Below are positions 14,414 to 28,048 of a stretch of DNA of 64,000 nucleotides, piece after piece (positions within the stretch are counted from its first letter, which is position 1; each line of letters opens with the position of its first letter). The stretch lies in the NCBI GenBank assembly GCA_964016885.1, contig OZ024740.1, positions 437,224,001 to 437,288,000 on the forward strand. The letters are read 5' to 3'. The translations under genes were made by a program, and so were the position numbers. The notes under the pieces are model-generated. The model searched no databases. It was not told the DNA's origin and saw nothing but the letters and a program-made list of their open reading frames with translations. The DNA comes from Eledone cirrhosa. Taxonomy: Eukaryota.

Positions 14414-14857
14414 TGTAGTAAGACGCCTTACGCCCCCTGTCGGATAATGGACCAGGCCAAGTTGTCTCCCCCTGGTTGAGATCACCTAGGTAAGCAGCAG
14501 ATAGCCACGGGAAAGCAGACAGCAAACAGCAGACGGCCTCTGTACCACGAAACGATAAACAGCCACGGGAACAGCAAACACCACAATACCTTTGTAATTG
14601 TAATACGTTCCCTTCACTACAACTGACCACGTCTATATTTGGTATGTTTCATTTGTAATATAATAAACACATGATAAGCAAAATAAACATCACCATTATT
14701 TACATTGTTGAATAGAACTCTCGTTGTGGTTATTGTCTTGATTACACACACACCCACTCACTTGTTATAATTCTCACTTACAATGGTAAATAGACGAGGG
14801 ACTTTCCCTCACGTCTATATTGATAAACAATCCAACTAGGATACATCATTTACCACA
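14414..14857 (+). repeat. 3' LTR
   Basis: Direct repeat of 9530-9953. Confidence 0.93.
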
Positions 14858-15040
14858 TATATATATATACAAATATATATATATATATATAAGAGTTAAA
14901 ATACTGGAGCGTGTTGGAGTTAAACACCCTCTTCGTATTATAGAAATGACAGTAAAAGGTATAGCTCAATGTAGTTAAACAGAGCCGAAGCATTATGAAA
15001 GTAAAACAAAGAAGCCTTCAATACATCAAAAGTCTTTATT

Positions 15041-15080
15041 AGCCAACAATGTTTCGTCCTATTAAGGACTCACCAGGGCA
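15041..15080 (-). ncRNA. Minimal HHR (core CTGGTGA, likely a mutated copy)
   Basis: Minus strand: gcc-CTGGTGA-gtcct taat aggac-GAAA-cattg-TT-ggct. Confidence 0.65.
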
Positions 15081-15319
15081 ATTAAAACAACAAGAAGTAT
15101 TATCGGCCAATACAAGCCGGAAACTCCGAAGAATATGGAGTGTACATACACTAAAGTATTGCAAGATTATGGGTAAAAATATATAATAAAAATATATAAT
15201 AAAAATCACTAAGGAGGTGTATAACATTTAGAACCATATTACAAATATAGTCCAAAGCAAAAAAACCCTAGAGCTAAACAAAGGTGGTTATATAGAGCAG
15301 GAATTATATATAATAGTTT

Positions 15320-15497
15320 CTACTTTAGGCACAAGGCCAGCAATTACCCAGTGCATTACTGGTACTTTATTTTATCGACCCCTTAAGGATGAAAGGCAAA
15401 GTCAACCTCGGCGGGATTTGAACTCAGATCGTAAAGGGACGTAACTATGCTGGAAAGCATGGCGTCCGACCCTCTACCGATACTGCCAATCCACCAT
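15320..15497 (-). mobile_element. tRNA-derived SINE (cephalopod-type)
   Basis: Minus strand A-box-like TGGCAGTATCGG and B-box GAGTTCAAATCCC, followed by a GTTGACTTTGCCTTTCATCC..GGGGTCGATAAAATAAAGTACCAG body. Absent from the paralogous UTR at ~20150. Confidence 0.7.
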
Positions 15498-17565
15498 AAT
15501 GTAATATAATATAATATACCTTTACCAATATTAAAATTACAATAAAAATCAAAAGGTACAATATACATATGGATATATGTACGCACACGTACGCACACAT
15601 ACACATACATCAATACACATATCCATCTTCAACTGCACAAATTAAACCTTATTAAGAGTTTAAATATAAATAAGCATGATAGGAATAAAAATAATAATAA
15701 TAATAATAATACATATACCCGATATACATGAGGTAATAATATGATATTATTATAAGTAGCACATATAATATATAATAAACTATACAATTATATACTATAT
15801 AATATAATATAATAGAATAGATAATCTCCGGTTAATTTACACAAACAATATAGATGTCACAATAATACTATAATAATAATATACTAACATTTATAATATA
15901 CAATATGTAATGGCATTCAAGTTAACAAATCAATTCATATAGAGTTACAGAGTAGGTGAGGAAAAATAAATTGTACAATACCCAAAATTATGATGGTACA
16001 AAAATATAAACATCTTACATGATATATAAAGTTTAACATATCATAATGTTACATAAGTAATAAGGATCGATATTACAATAACAAATACAATATAATATAA
16101 TATAAAATAATTAACATAATATAATATATAATTACTTATCATTACAAGGTTGGTAAACAGACATGTATGTGGATGAGTGAGTAAGGGCCAGACAGTAAAT
16201 ATAATGCACAGTAGTATTACAAATAAAATATAAAATATAAAATAAAATAAATAAATAGAATCAACCGGAAATTAAAAAACAAAAACAAAAGTATACATTT
16301 AGGTCTCACATGGAGTTAAGTAAAAACTTAGGAAATAACCCCGGTAAATGACTCGAAAACCCTATTTGATAAATTAATATTAAAAATATTTAAACTATCC
16401 AATAAGGCAGTATAATATTAGCTATGGTTTAAGTAATCAAAGTTTATAAACGTTAATATTTCGTTACAAATATTTACAAAAAGGAATGAAATTTTTTACT
16501 ATCATATACATAACGATATCTAAAAAACTGACTTAAGCAGAATTATGGTAGGCTAATAGGGACAGAAATGAAGAAATATATGGAGGATACAAAGGGGCAT
16601 AAAATCATAGTCAATATACTATATTAAATAATAGAAAGGAGCGTAAAAGAGGGGGGGGGTAAATATAATCATAATCTATTTGGAGGGGTTGACAATAAGT
16701 TTATGTGCGCATGTGGGGAAGGGGGGGGGGGGGGGGTATCCAAAGAAGAATCCAAATAAAAATAAAAATAAAATAAAATAAAATAAAATAAAATAAAATG
16801 AAATAAAATAAAATAATGTAAAATATATAATCAGATATATACTCATAAGGTGTTAATAGTGAAAATTTAATGCGTAAGAAGATAGATATGGCATAGTAGC
16901 CAAAAGATTATGAGAGCTAGAATAAAGAGTTGTCAAAAACCAATGATAATAATGATGATAATAATGGTGGTAAACAAAAGAACCTAAACTAAAAAATAAG
17001 TAATGGAATATATCAGCTAATGGATACAATTTGTACTACTAGAACCTTTAGGTTTATAATAAAAGTATGAATTAGAAATAGCGTGGGGGCAAGAAGAGAA
17101 TATCTCAGACTTTCTATTAACAAGATCAGTAACCTGGGCCGAATCACTCGAACCCATTGTAACGTCGAAATTATTAGGCGTGTTTTTACGGGTCCAAAAT
17201 GTGTCCTCAAATTTAATCATAGTTCTACGGGCTGCTAGTATAATATCTACCTGTCATCGTGTAAGGCTGGACACTCTCATGGCCAACATTAAAGCTTTAT
17301 TGAGGAGGATGGGTGAAATTGATGTGTAGTAGGCATCAATATCGAATTGGATAAACTTATTAGATTCAAGTCTATTAATCCCAGAGAACCAATCTATAAC
17401 ATCCTTAGTGTTCCCCCATAGGTTAAAATTAACTTTATCCCTAACATCTGCTATAATAAGGTCAAGGATTTTTTTACTGATAATATACAAATATATACAA
17501 ATATATACAAATATATATATATATATACACAATTATATATTTCAAAGTTATACAAATATATATAT

Positions 17566-17656
<91 letters not shown>

Positions 17657-17681
17657 CAAATATATATATATATATATTGAT

Positions 17682-18086
17682 AAAAGGAAAAGAAAATGCT
17701 GACAAATTGTTCCCAGTGAAAAATGTTTTAATTAGGAATAAGTAAAAATTAGTAATTATATTGGTTAGTATTCAGTTTTGGTTTTAAGTTTTACCGGTTG
17801 CGCATTTCTAATGCTTTTCAAAAATAATTTTGAGATAGAGCGCCCGTGATGTTTGCTTTAATCAGATTAGAGCAAACATCACGGGCGCTCTATCTCAAAA
17901 TTAATTTTGAAAAGCATTAGAAATGCGCAACCGGTAAAACTTAAAACCAAAACTGAATACTAACCAATACTATTACTAATTTTTGCTTATTCCTAATTAA
18001 ACTATTTTTCACTGGGAACAATTTGTCAGCATTTTCTTTTCCTTTTATCAATATATCATAACTCGTGTGTTACACCTCAATTCTTT

Positions 18087-18088
<2 letters not shown>
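17682..18088. mobile_element. Palindromic element family A copy 2 (centre 17864)
   Basis: Same centre and right-hand tail as 293-696. Confidence 0.85.
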
Positions 18089-18118
<30 letters not shown>

Positions 18119-18119
18119 C

Positions 18120-18157
<38 letters not shown>

Positions 18158-18222
18158 TAAAATAACAGATTAAAGTTTAAGCAAAGAATCGCTGCTTTCA
18201 CACTACAAATATATATATACAT

Positions 18223-18277
<55 letters not shown>

Positions 18278-18281
18278 AATG

Positions 18282-18316
<35 letters not shown>

Positions 18317-18329
18317 TATATAGATATAC

Positions 18330-18362
<33 letters not shown>

Positions 18363-18531
18363 ATATATAGGCAAATATATATATATATATGTATACAAAT
18401 ATATATATATATATTTATACATACAAATATATATATATATATATATACAAATATATATATATATATACCAATATATATAGATATATATACAAATATATAT
18501 ATATATATATTTGTATATATATATATATATT

Positions 18532-18572
<41 letters not shown>

Positions 18573-18580
18573 ATATCTAT

Positions 18581-19505
18581 ATCCAAAATTAAGATAATCA
18601 AAATTATGGGTGTCATGCCAGAAAGACATGCGCCATATCACCCCCAAAATAAGCTCTTTTAGATTCTAACGAATAGGTCCGAGCATTTTATAATATCTAG
18701 AAATTGATTAACATATAAATAAATATGAATAATCACAGGAGATAATTTTTACAAGTGTGTAAGCACACATAGCTAGGTAGGTAACTAAATAAAGTTAACT
18801 AGAACTTCAAAAATAGATACCTTATAATAAGGTATATATTTTTGAAGTTCTGGTTAACTTTATTTAGTTACCTACCTAGCTATGTGTGCTTACACACTTG
18901 TAAAAATTATCTGCTGTGATTATTCATGTTTATTTATATGTTAATCAATTTCTAGTTATTATAAAATGCTCGGACCTATTCGTTAGAATCTTAGAGCTTA
19001 TTTTGCGGGTGATATGGCGCATGTCTTTCTGGCATGACACCCATAATTTTGATTATCTTAATTTTGGATATAGATATATAAATACGGCTCCTTAATTGTA
19101 GAGCTAACTCTGTTGAAAGGATTTGACTGCTGTTTCTAGTTGTCGATAACCCTATTCACGCCACTGTGACGAAGCTGGTATGATGTGTGTATTTCTAGTA
19201 GATACAGCACGTGTTGCTGGCAGTCGCTGATTTGAACTTGAAGTGTAAACATAGATCGCTGGACTTCTTCCTTGTTGAAAATCCAAGTAACGGCCTCCAT
19301 GGTTTACCATTCGATTAATGGAATATATATATTCGATTCTTTAATGGAATATATACAAGGAAGATTAATCATATTATAAGGTATCTATTGTTGAAGTTCT
19401 GGTTAACATTATTTAGTTACCTACCTAGCTATGTGTGCTTACACACTTGTAAAAATTATCCCCTGTGATCATTCATGTTTATTTATATGTTAATCAATTT
19501 CTAGT

Positions 19506-19510
<5 letters not shown>
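18581..19510. mobile_element. Family C element: ~245-bp-arm palindrome (centre 18826) plus a partial tandem repeat
   Basis: 18581-18825 is the inverse of 18827-19072; 19372-19510 repeats 18825-18962; near-identical copy at 41155-42082. Confidence 0.85.
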
Positions 19511-19549
<39 letters not shown>

Positions 19550-19597
19550 GTCAAAACGGCTTGAGCTCAGCCCTCCGGGTCCTACTCGTTCCTATAT

Positions 19598-19660
<63 letters not shown>

Positions 19661-19858
19661 AATATATATATATATATACATATACAAATATGTATATATA
19701 TACATATACAAATATATATATATATATACAAATATATATATATATACAAATATATATATATATATATATATATACAAATATATATATATATATACAAATA
19801 TATATATATATACAAATATATAAATATATATATAAATATGTATATATATATATATATA

Positions 19859-20410
19859 AGAATTAAAATACTAGAGTGTGTTGGAGTTAAACACTCTCTT
19901 CATATTATAGAAATGACAGTATAAGATATAGCTCAATGTAATTAAACAGAGCCGAAGAATTATAAAAAATAAACCAAAGAAGCCTTCAATACATCAAAAG
20001 TCTTTATTAGCCAACAATGTTTCGCCTATTAAGGACTCATCAGGGCAAGTAAAGCTACAATAAGCACTATCGGCCAATACAAGCCAAAAACTCAGAAGAA
20101 TATGGAGTATACATCTATTAAAGCCTAGGAAGGATATCAAGGAAAAGTATGCTAAGATTAAGAGTGAGCAGTTACAAACATAGATATAGACCCAATAGCA
20201 AGGAAGTGATTAACATGTTGAACCCACATTGTAAATATTATATAATACAAAAACTTGAAACACAAATGGTAATATAATGCGAGAATTACAGTACGATATA
20301 GAATATAATATAATATAATAGATGGTGATAATAAAAATCTTAATATATGTATATATATATATATCTATACATATATACATTAGTACAAACACAAACTAAC
20401 ACTTATTAAG

Positions 20411-20489
<79 letters not shown>

Positions 20490-22436
20490 TACAGTATAAT
20501 ATAATAAAGATAAAAATAAGAATAAAGATAAAAATAAAAATAAAATATAATATATAATTCCCTGTCAGTGTGCATAAACAATATAAAAACATTATAATAA
20601 CATTATAATAACAATATTATAATATATTGGCATCAAAAGATATACAAAATTACATCATATATATAATTCAAGGTTAACAAATAGTATAAAGTTTTACACA
20701 GGGTAAGAAAAAAATCATCTAGAACTAAATAGTGTTGAAAAAATTGTGTAGAAAAATTATCGATACCATTGTAACAAATACACGGAGGTCAAGTCGTTTT
20801 ACATTGGCATAAATATTACCAAATATCACAAGATATTACAAAATATAACAGAACAGTACTTCAAATAACATATATTAAAATCTATAATACGATTACATAA
20901 AAATGATATGATATAACAACATTAATATCAAATATCAAACAGAGTCTAAGGAAATGCTTAATAAATATTTACGTGGTTGAGATACACAGACATATATTAA
21001 TGAACAGCGTGTGGTAGTAAAAAAATAAATAAAATAAACCGAAAATCGAAAAACAGAAACAAGTATATTTACTTAGGTGTCACAAGCGGTTAAGTAAAAG
21101 AAGAGATAGAAATGTAAGCGGCGAATTGACTAGAAAACCTTTTTAAATTAATTAATATTAAAAGTATTTAAAATACATATTTAGTCACTTCAAAATTGGC
21201 TATAGTTTAAGTCATCAAAAACGTATAAGTTTGAGATATTTCAATAAAATTATCAAGAATAGAGTAAAATATGTTCCGTTCAGTCGAATAACGTTATCAA
21301 ATAAAAGGACTCTAAATAGAACAATGGTAGACCAATGGGAACAGAAAGAAGAGAGGTTATGGAGGATAGGAAGGAGCATAAAAGTAAAATCAATATATTA
21401 TATAATATCATAAAAGGAGCATAAAGGTGAAATTTATATATAGTATAATAGAAGGGGCGGATATTAAGTGTGTAGAGGAGAAGGTACATTGGTTGAATGA
21501 GACTCCAACCAAAGTATTTAATAAGATATAAACCCATAAGGTGTTAGTAGTGAAACTATAATAATGCTTAAGACGATAGATAGGGTATGGTAGCCAAAAG
21601 ACTATGGAAACTAAAATCGAAAAGTTATAAAAAAACTAATAATAATAAAGATGATGGTAATCAAAATGAACCTAAACAAAAAAGATAAGAAAATATAGCA
21701 GCTAATGGATACGATTTAAACTACCAGAACTTTTAGGTCTATAATAGAAGAAAGAATTAGAAATGGCATGGGGGCTGGAAGAAAATATCTCAGACTTTCT
21801 ATTAAGCAAAACTTCCCTAGAGAAAATTATAGAGTGGGTCTCTAGGATACAGAGATTACAGAATTTAGTATGTGTTGATAGGTTATTAGAGCGTGCTACT
21901 ATACGCCAATTAAGACTATATGGCATGCCTGCCCCTTTAAGATCCCAGATATGGTGTGCTAAAGAAGTAGAGTTCTTAAACTTAACATGTTTAAAATTAG
22001 AGATATGAGAATTAAACCTAGTTTTAAAAGTATTAGATGTGGAGCCTATATATGTGCTATTAGAAGAATCAGTCTTAACTTCACAAGCATAAACAATGTT
22101 CCTAGAGAGGCAGTGACCATTTAAAGGGCAGTTAATACTTACTCTACAGTTACACTTCCTGGTGCTATTTACCCGCTGAATAAGTGATGCATCACTTCTA
22201 GGGTTATTATAAGATAAGGTCTGCTCAGGTGGTAAGGCATTAATGGATCTATCTATTAAGGCATTAATGGATCTATCAAGACTAGTAGTACGCAAAGAGG
22301 AGTAGCTGTCCCTAATTTTCTTATTGTGAGTGCTAGCTAAATGAGAACTAATATTAGGGGTGGTAGAGAATGATAGTTTAATTACATTTTTATTAAAAAT
22401 ACCATGGTATTTATTAGTATAAATGGTATTTATTAG

Positions 22437-22440
<4 letters not shown>
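19859..22440 (-). mobile_element. 5'-truncated Hydra-type PLE (linker + GIY-YIG at 21702-22440)
   Basis: CNCRVSINCPL..YIGSTSNTFKTRFNSH..CNLCILE..LLNRKSE; HHR near the 3' end. Confidence 0.85.
20009..20047 (-). ncRNA. Minimal HHR (canonical core)
   Basis: Minus strand: gcc-CTGATGA-gtcct taat aggc-GAAA-cattg-TT-ggct. Confidence 0.78.
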
Positions 22441-22529
<89 letters not shown>

Positions 22530-22530
<1 letters not shown>

Positions 22531-22737
22531 AAATTAAGATAAATCAAATGAATTTAATCTAAATCAAAATTATGGGTGTCATGCCAGAAAGACATGCGCC
22601 ATATCACCCGCAAAATAAGCTCTAAGTTTCTAACGAGTATATATATATATTTGTATATATATATATTTGTATATATATATATATATTTGTATATATATAT
22701 ATTTGTATATATATATATTTGTATATATATATATATT

Positions 22738-22827
<90 letters not shown>

Positions 22828-23024
22828 AGTATATATATATACAAATATATATATATACAAATATATATATATACAAATATATATATATATATACAAATAT
22901 ATATATATACAAATATATATATATACTCGTTAGAAACTTAGAGCTTATTTTGCGGGTGATATGGCGCATGTCTTTCTGGCATGACACCCATAATTTTGAT
23001 TTAGATTAAATTCATTTGATTTAT

Positions 23025-23028
<4 letters not shown>
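22530..23028. repeat. Family C inverted repeat enclosing a largely mirrored (TA)n tract
   Basis: 22535-22640 is the inverse of 22923-23028; TTTGTA interruptions on the left are mirrored by TACAAA on the right. Confidence 0.85.
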
Positions 23029-23082
<54 letters not shown>

Positions 23083-23148
23083 GAAGAGAGAAGAAACATT
23101 TAGATATAATTAGTAATAAAATGTATCATACCCAAACTGCTCCTAGAT

Positions 23149-23238
23149 TCCTCGACTACGTAGTTTCGTGGCATAAACAAAAACAATACATCATAAAGAT
23201 ATAGAGTCCCTGCGAGGTCTGCCGACTTATCAAGAGGA
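23149..23238 (-). ncRNA. HHR variant (core TTGATAA, long stem II)
   Basis: Minus strand: tcctc-TTGATAA-gtcggca...tgccac-GAAA-ctacgtag-TC-gagga. Confidence 0.72.
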
Positions 23239-23274
23239 TACCTCATTTTACTAGTCTCAAGAACGCGTCCATAC

Positions 23275-23421
23275 ACTAGAGAAGAGAAAAGAAAAGAAAA
23301 GAAAACAAACAAGCTACACGCGTACATACACATATATATATGAGAAACATATATCTATAAAAATATATATATTTGTATATATATATATTTGTATATATAT
23401 ATATTTGTATATATATATATT

Positions 23422-23481
<60 letters not shown>

Positions 23482-23612
23482 AATATATATATACAAATAT
23501 ATATATATACAAATATATATATTTTTATAGATATATGTTTCTCATAGATATATGTGTATGTACGCGTGTACCTTGTTTGTTTTCTTTTTTTTTCTTTTCT
23601 CTTCTCTAGTGT
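23275..23612. repeat. Inverted repeat (~85-bp arms) around a TA tract
   Basis: 23275-23362 is the inverse of 23521-23612. Confidence 0.75.
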
Positions 23613-24054
23613 TAATTGACTACTTTCTCTTTCATTTAAAATTTTTTTTCTTTCTCATATATTATTCCATTTTTATAAATATATCCAGAATGACACTTTC
23701 TTTTAACTATTACACTCTCTTACCTCTTTATCTTCCGCATATAAGTGATCGCGCGTGTGTGTGTGTGTGTATACGCGTACCTTCATATTCATATATGTAT
23801 CAAATACCCTGTTTCTGTATACGTGTCAACTAGATTATCAATTTATTTTTAACTCATATTATATCCGTATTTGTGGTTACATATACACAAATATATTTGC
23901 CCTCATATATATATTTACGCACACTTTTTCACCATACACACGCATTTGTACATACATACATATATACATTTGTGAGTGTATATACACACATATACACACA
24001 CCTAACTATATTTCCTTATATGTTTTTATATATTTTATATGTCTATTGCATTAC

Positions 24055-24085
<31 letters not shown>

Positions 24086-24129
24086 GCATTTCTTGAGGAG
24101 ACTTTCCAAATATTTCACTATGTTTTATA

Positions 24130-24205
24130 TTGCCTCGTCCGACGAACGAATGAGGACGTTTCTTTCGTATTCGTCTTATTCGGGAAACCTCTGGTAATGA
24201 GGTAA
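24130..24205 (+). ncRNA. HHR variant (core CCGACGA)
   Basis: ttgcctcgt-CCGACGA-a cgaatgaggacg...cgtcttattcg g-GAAA-cctctgg-TA-atgaggtaa; 9-bp stem I. Confidence 0.75.
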
Positions 24206-24306
24206 TTATATTGTATTGTTTATTATACATTAAATTTTGCTCTGGTACTTACATAGAGCACTCTTCACTCCTATGACTTTTTCAATTTTCAACGGAAACT
24301 TCAATA

Positions 24307-24366
<60 letters not shown>

Positions 24367-24464
24367 TATATATATATGTACAAATATATATATATATACA
24401 AATATATATATACATACAAATATATATATATATATATATACACAATATATATATATATACATAT

Positions 24465-24495
<31 letters not shown>

Positions 24496-24571
24496 CAAAT
24501 ATATATATATACAAATATATATATATGCAAATATATATATATATACAAATATATATATATATATATATATA

Positions 24572-24818
24572 TTAGAAAGTGAGGTTTTTTTTACAAAATG
24601 AAAAATAACCGAGGTGTCCTACACGAGTGAAAGTATAAAGAAAAAGAGATGAAATCGAAAATGCAACTGAAGTCTTGAAAAACCACAGACCCTCCATCTC
24701 AACTCACCTTTTGAAAAGCAGAAGAACTGCGAAACCGGTAAAGGAACCAAATAAATATATATATATTTTTTTTAAATAAGACTCCAGTTGCATTTTCGAT
24801 TTCATCTCTTTTTCTTTA
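24572..24818. mobile_element. Family B inverted+direct terminal fragment with HHR at 24707-24744
   Basis: 24572-24676 matches 6716-6820; 24677-24818 matches 9363-9503. Confidence 0.78.
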
Positions 24819-24864
24819 TATATATATATATATATATACAAATATATATATATATACACATATA

Positions 24865-25307
24865 TTAGGGTAAATATTGATGCAATTCAATTCAAGCACT
24901 CAGCGTACTTTTTCCAAATAGGAGTGACGTAGTAAATATCAATAAGGAAAAGCGAAGTAGTTTCAGATGTTCAAGTCCTTTAATAATAATGCTGTGATAT
25001 ATATTTCAATGACGACACTGGCCACACTGTTCTGTGTGCGAGTGTCGTGTCATCATCAGACAGCTTGTTACATAATAAGGTTGTTTCCGAGGCAATCCAA
25101 ATTGAATCGACATGGGAACGGATGAAGTTCGTGCTTTTGGGTTTTTCATCCGTTCCCTTGTGAACAACCTTATTATGTAACAAGCTGTCTGTTGATGACA
25201 CGACACTCGCACACAGAACAGTGTGGCCAGTGTCGTCATTGAAATATATATCACAACATTATTATTAAAGGACTTGAACATCTGAAACTACTTCGCTTTT
25301 CCTTATT
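24865..25307. mobile_element. Fold-back element family G (arms 24941-25086 / 25163-25307)
   Basis: ~145-bp inverted repeat; the spacer has its own hairpin (gggaacggatgaa/ttcatccgttccc). Confidence 0.8.
24991..25064 (-). ncRNA. HHR (canonical core, extended stem II)
   Basis: Minus strand: gctgt-CTGATGA-tgacacgacac...gtgtcgtcatt-GAAA-tata-TA-tcacagc. The right-arm copy at ~25184-25257 has CTGTTGA. Confidence 0.7.
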
Positions 25308-25356
25308 CTATATACACATATATAGATATATATTCAAATATATAGATATATATATA

Positions 25357-25390
<34 letters not shown>

Positions 25391-25429
25391 CAAATATATA
25401 AATATATAATATATATATAAATATATATA

Positions 25430-25796
<367 letters not shown>

Positions 25797-25928
25797 AATA
25801 TATATATATATACAAATATATGTATATATACAAATATATGTACAGAATTAGCCGTCGAAACGGCTTGAGCTCAGCCATCGGGGTCCTACTCGTTCCTATA
25901 TATATATATATATATATAGGAATCCTAT

Positions 25929-27890
25929 TTGAAACGTGCACTACTTGACACCGAGATTGCACTCAAGCTTTCACATGAGAATGAGAGGGCAAGGAAAGAG
26001 AACAGGGCCATAGAAAACATTAAAACAAACCCTAAGGCCTTCTTTAAATTTGCAAAAGAAACTGCCTCAGTACACTGCAAGATTGGACCACTCTTCCACA
26101 CGGACGGTTCATTAACCGAAAATCCCCAAGAGATATGTGAAATACTGAACGAACAGTACAAAAGTGTCTTCACATGTCCACTGAGGCACATGCAAATAAC
26201 GAAGCCAGAGGAGTTCTTTGATGCCACAACACTACATCAAGAAATGGCAACCATCAACCACATAGACATAACGGAGGAGGATGTGGTGTACGCCATTGAT
26301 GAAATTAGAACAGACTCGGCTGCTGGACCTGATGGATTCCCAGCAGTTCTCCTAAAAATATGTAAGCGGGCCTTAGCAACTCCACTGAAGATGCTCTTCA
26401 GAAGCTCCTTGGCTAGCGGTGTACTACCCAGGGAGCTGAAAGAAGGCACAATATGCCCTATCCATAAAGGAGGTAGTAGAGCGGAGGCCAAGAACTATAG
26501 GCCAGTCTCCCTGACGTCGCATATCAGTAAGGTCATGGAGCGAGTCGTCAGAAAGAAACTAATCACTTTCCTCGAAGAAAATGACCGCCTGACTAGCACG
26601 CAACATGGCTTCCGCCCAGGAAGAAGCTGCCTTACACAGCTGCTACATCACTACGACTGGGTACTGAGACAGCTACTAGACAGCTCACATGTAGACGTGA
26701 TATATCTTGACTTTGCGAAGGCCTTTGACAAGGTCGACCACGGAATGATATGTCACAAACTACACGGACTCGGCATAACTGGAAAAGTAGGTGAGTGGCT
26801 GCATGGCTTCCTGAGGGACAGAAGCCAGGCAGTCGCAGCAAATGGGGCCCTCTCGAGGGAAACACCGATAACAAGTGGGGTGCCTCAGGGGACAGTCCTG
26901 GGACCACTACTGTTTTTGGTGGCTCTCTCGGACATGCCCTCTGTGGTGCATGCAACAACATCCCTCACTAGCTATGCTGATGACACTAAGGTAGCACAGG
27001 CAATCAAAAACCCGGCTGACGCTGCCCTCTTACAGCAGGATCTGGATGCCATATACAGATGGGCGGAAGAAAACAACATGCAGTTTAATGCTGGCAAATT
27101 CCAAGCCCTACAATACAAACCTGCAAACACAAACACAAATATAGCGGAACACAGCTACACAGGACCAGGAGGGACCGATATCCCCGTGTCAAAATCGATA
27201 CGAGACCTGGGCATAGACATGAGCGATGATGCATCTTTTTCTTCACACATCATGAAGGTGGCGACAGCATGTAGACGATTCGCTGGCTGGATCTTGAGGA
27301 CTTTCCTTACAAGAGATCGAGACACCATGTTGACACTGTGGAGGACTTTTGTCCTAAGCCGCCTGGACTACTGCTCCCAGCTGTGGTCACCCCATAGTGT
27401 CAAACTAACCACAGAGCTTGAGGCAATCCAGCGAAGCTACACCAAGAGGATTGCCAAGATGAGGGAGACAAGCTACTGGGAGAGGCTGAAGGAACTGAAC
27501 CTCTACTCCTTGGAGCGAAGACGGGAGAGATACGCAGTGATCTACATGTGGAAAATCCTGGAGGGACTAGCACCAAACTTTGGCATTGGGAGCTGGACCA
27601 ACCGTCGAACAGGACGTCACTGTGTGGTGCCAAAGGTCCCGTCTTCCACATCTAGAATAAGGAGCAGGTATTGCAATAGCCTGGGATTCAAGGGCCCTCA
27701 ACTCTTCAACAGGCTGCCGAGGCATCTGCGAGACTTGCATGACGTGGAGGTGGATGTCTTTAAGAAACATCTCGACACCTTGTTATCCAGGATCCCGGAT
27801 GAGCCCACAGCAAGACACGAGGGAAACCTAAGTGCAGCAGCAACAAACTCCCTCCTACACCAGTGGCCAACCTATACAGGCTGGAGATAA
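25929..27890 (+). CDS. CR1/L2-group LINE ORF2, 5'-truncated (RT domain), open frame; 3' UTR to ~27968
   Basis: [74 protein letters not shown]. Confidence 0.92.
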   Translation: MKRALLDTEIALKLSHENERARKENRAIENIKTNPKAFFKFAKETASVHCKIGPLFHTDGSLTENPQEICEILNEQYKSVFTCPLRHMQITKPEEFFDATTLHQEMATINHIDITEEDVVYAIDEIRTDSAAGPDGFPAVLLKICKRALATPLKMLFRSSLASGVLPRELKEGTICPIHKGGSRAEAKNYRPVSLTSHISKVMERVVRKKLITFLEENDRLTSTQHGFRPGRSCLTQLLHHYDWVLRQLLDSSHVDVIYLDFAKAFDKVDHGMICHKLHGLGITGKVGEWLHGFLRDRSQAVAANGALSRETPITSGVPQGTVLGPLLFLVALSDMPSVVHATTSLTSYADDTKVAQAIKNPADAALLQQDLDAIYRWAEENNMQFNAGKFQALQYKPANTNTNIAEHSYTGPGGTDIPVSKSIRDLGIDMSDDASFSSHIMKVATACRRFAGWILRTFLTRDRDTMLTLWRTFVLSRLDYCSQLWSPHSVKLTTELEAIQRSYTKRIAKMRETSYWERLKELNLYSLERRRERYAVIYMWKILEGLAPNFGIGSWTNRRTGRHCVVPKVPSSTSRIRSRYCNSLGFKGPQLFNRLPRHLRDLHDVEVDVFKKHLDTLLSRIPDEPTARHEGNLSAAATNSLLHQWPTYTGWR

Positions 27891-27964
27891 AATGTGTAGC
27901 AACAAGGGCGGTGCCCCAGCATGTCCTCAGCCGGATGGCTGAAACAGGTAAAAGAGTAAAAGAG

Positions 27965-28045
<81 letters not shown>

Positions 28046-28048
<3 letters not shown>

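Larger units (their letters stand above)
9530..14857 (+). mobile_element. Full-length Gypsy/Ty3 LTR retrotransposon (degenerate) inserted in (TA)n
   Basis: TG..CA LTRs at 9530-9953 and 14414-14857, PBS-like TGGTAACCCCGAC at 9955, purine tract at 14401-14411, order gag-PR-RT-RNaseH-IN. Confidence 0.95.
14890..17483 (-). mobile_element. Internally deleted Hydra-type PLE
   Basis: RT remnant at 17120-17483 ([25 protein letters not shown]) fused to the EN C-terminus (NRKSEIFSSCPH). The 3' UTR is paralogous to 19859-21700. Confidence 0.82.

Noticed and set aside
15400-15497. tRNA gene
   Set aside because: A/B-box-like motifs only; no cloverleaf seen, and it continues into a SINE body.
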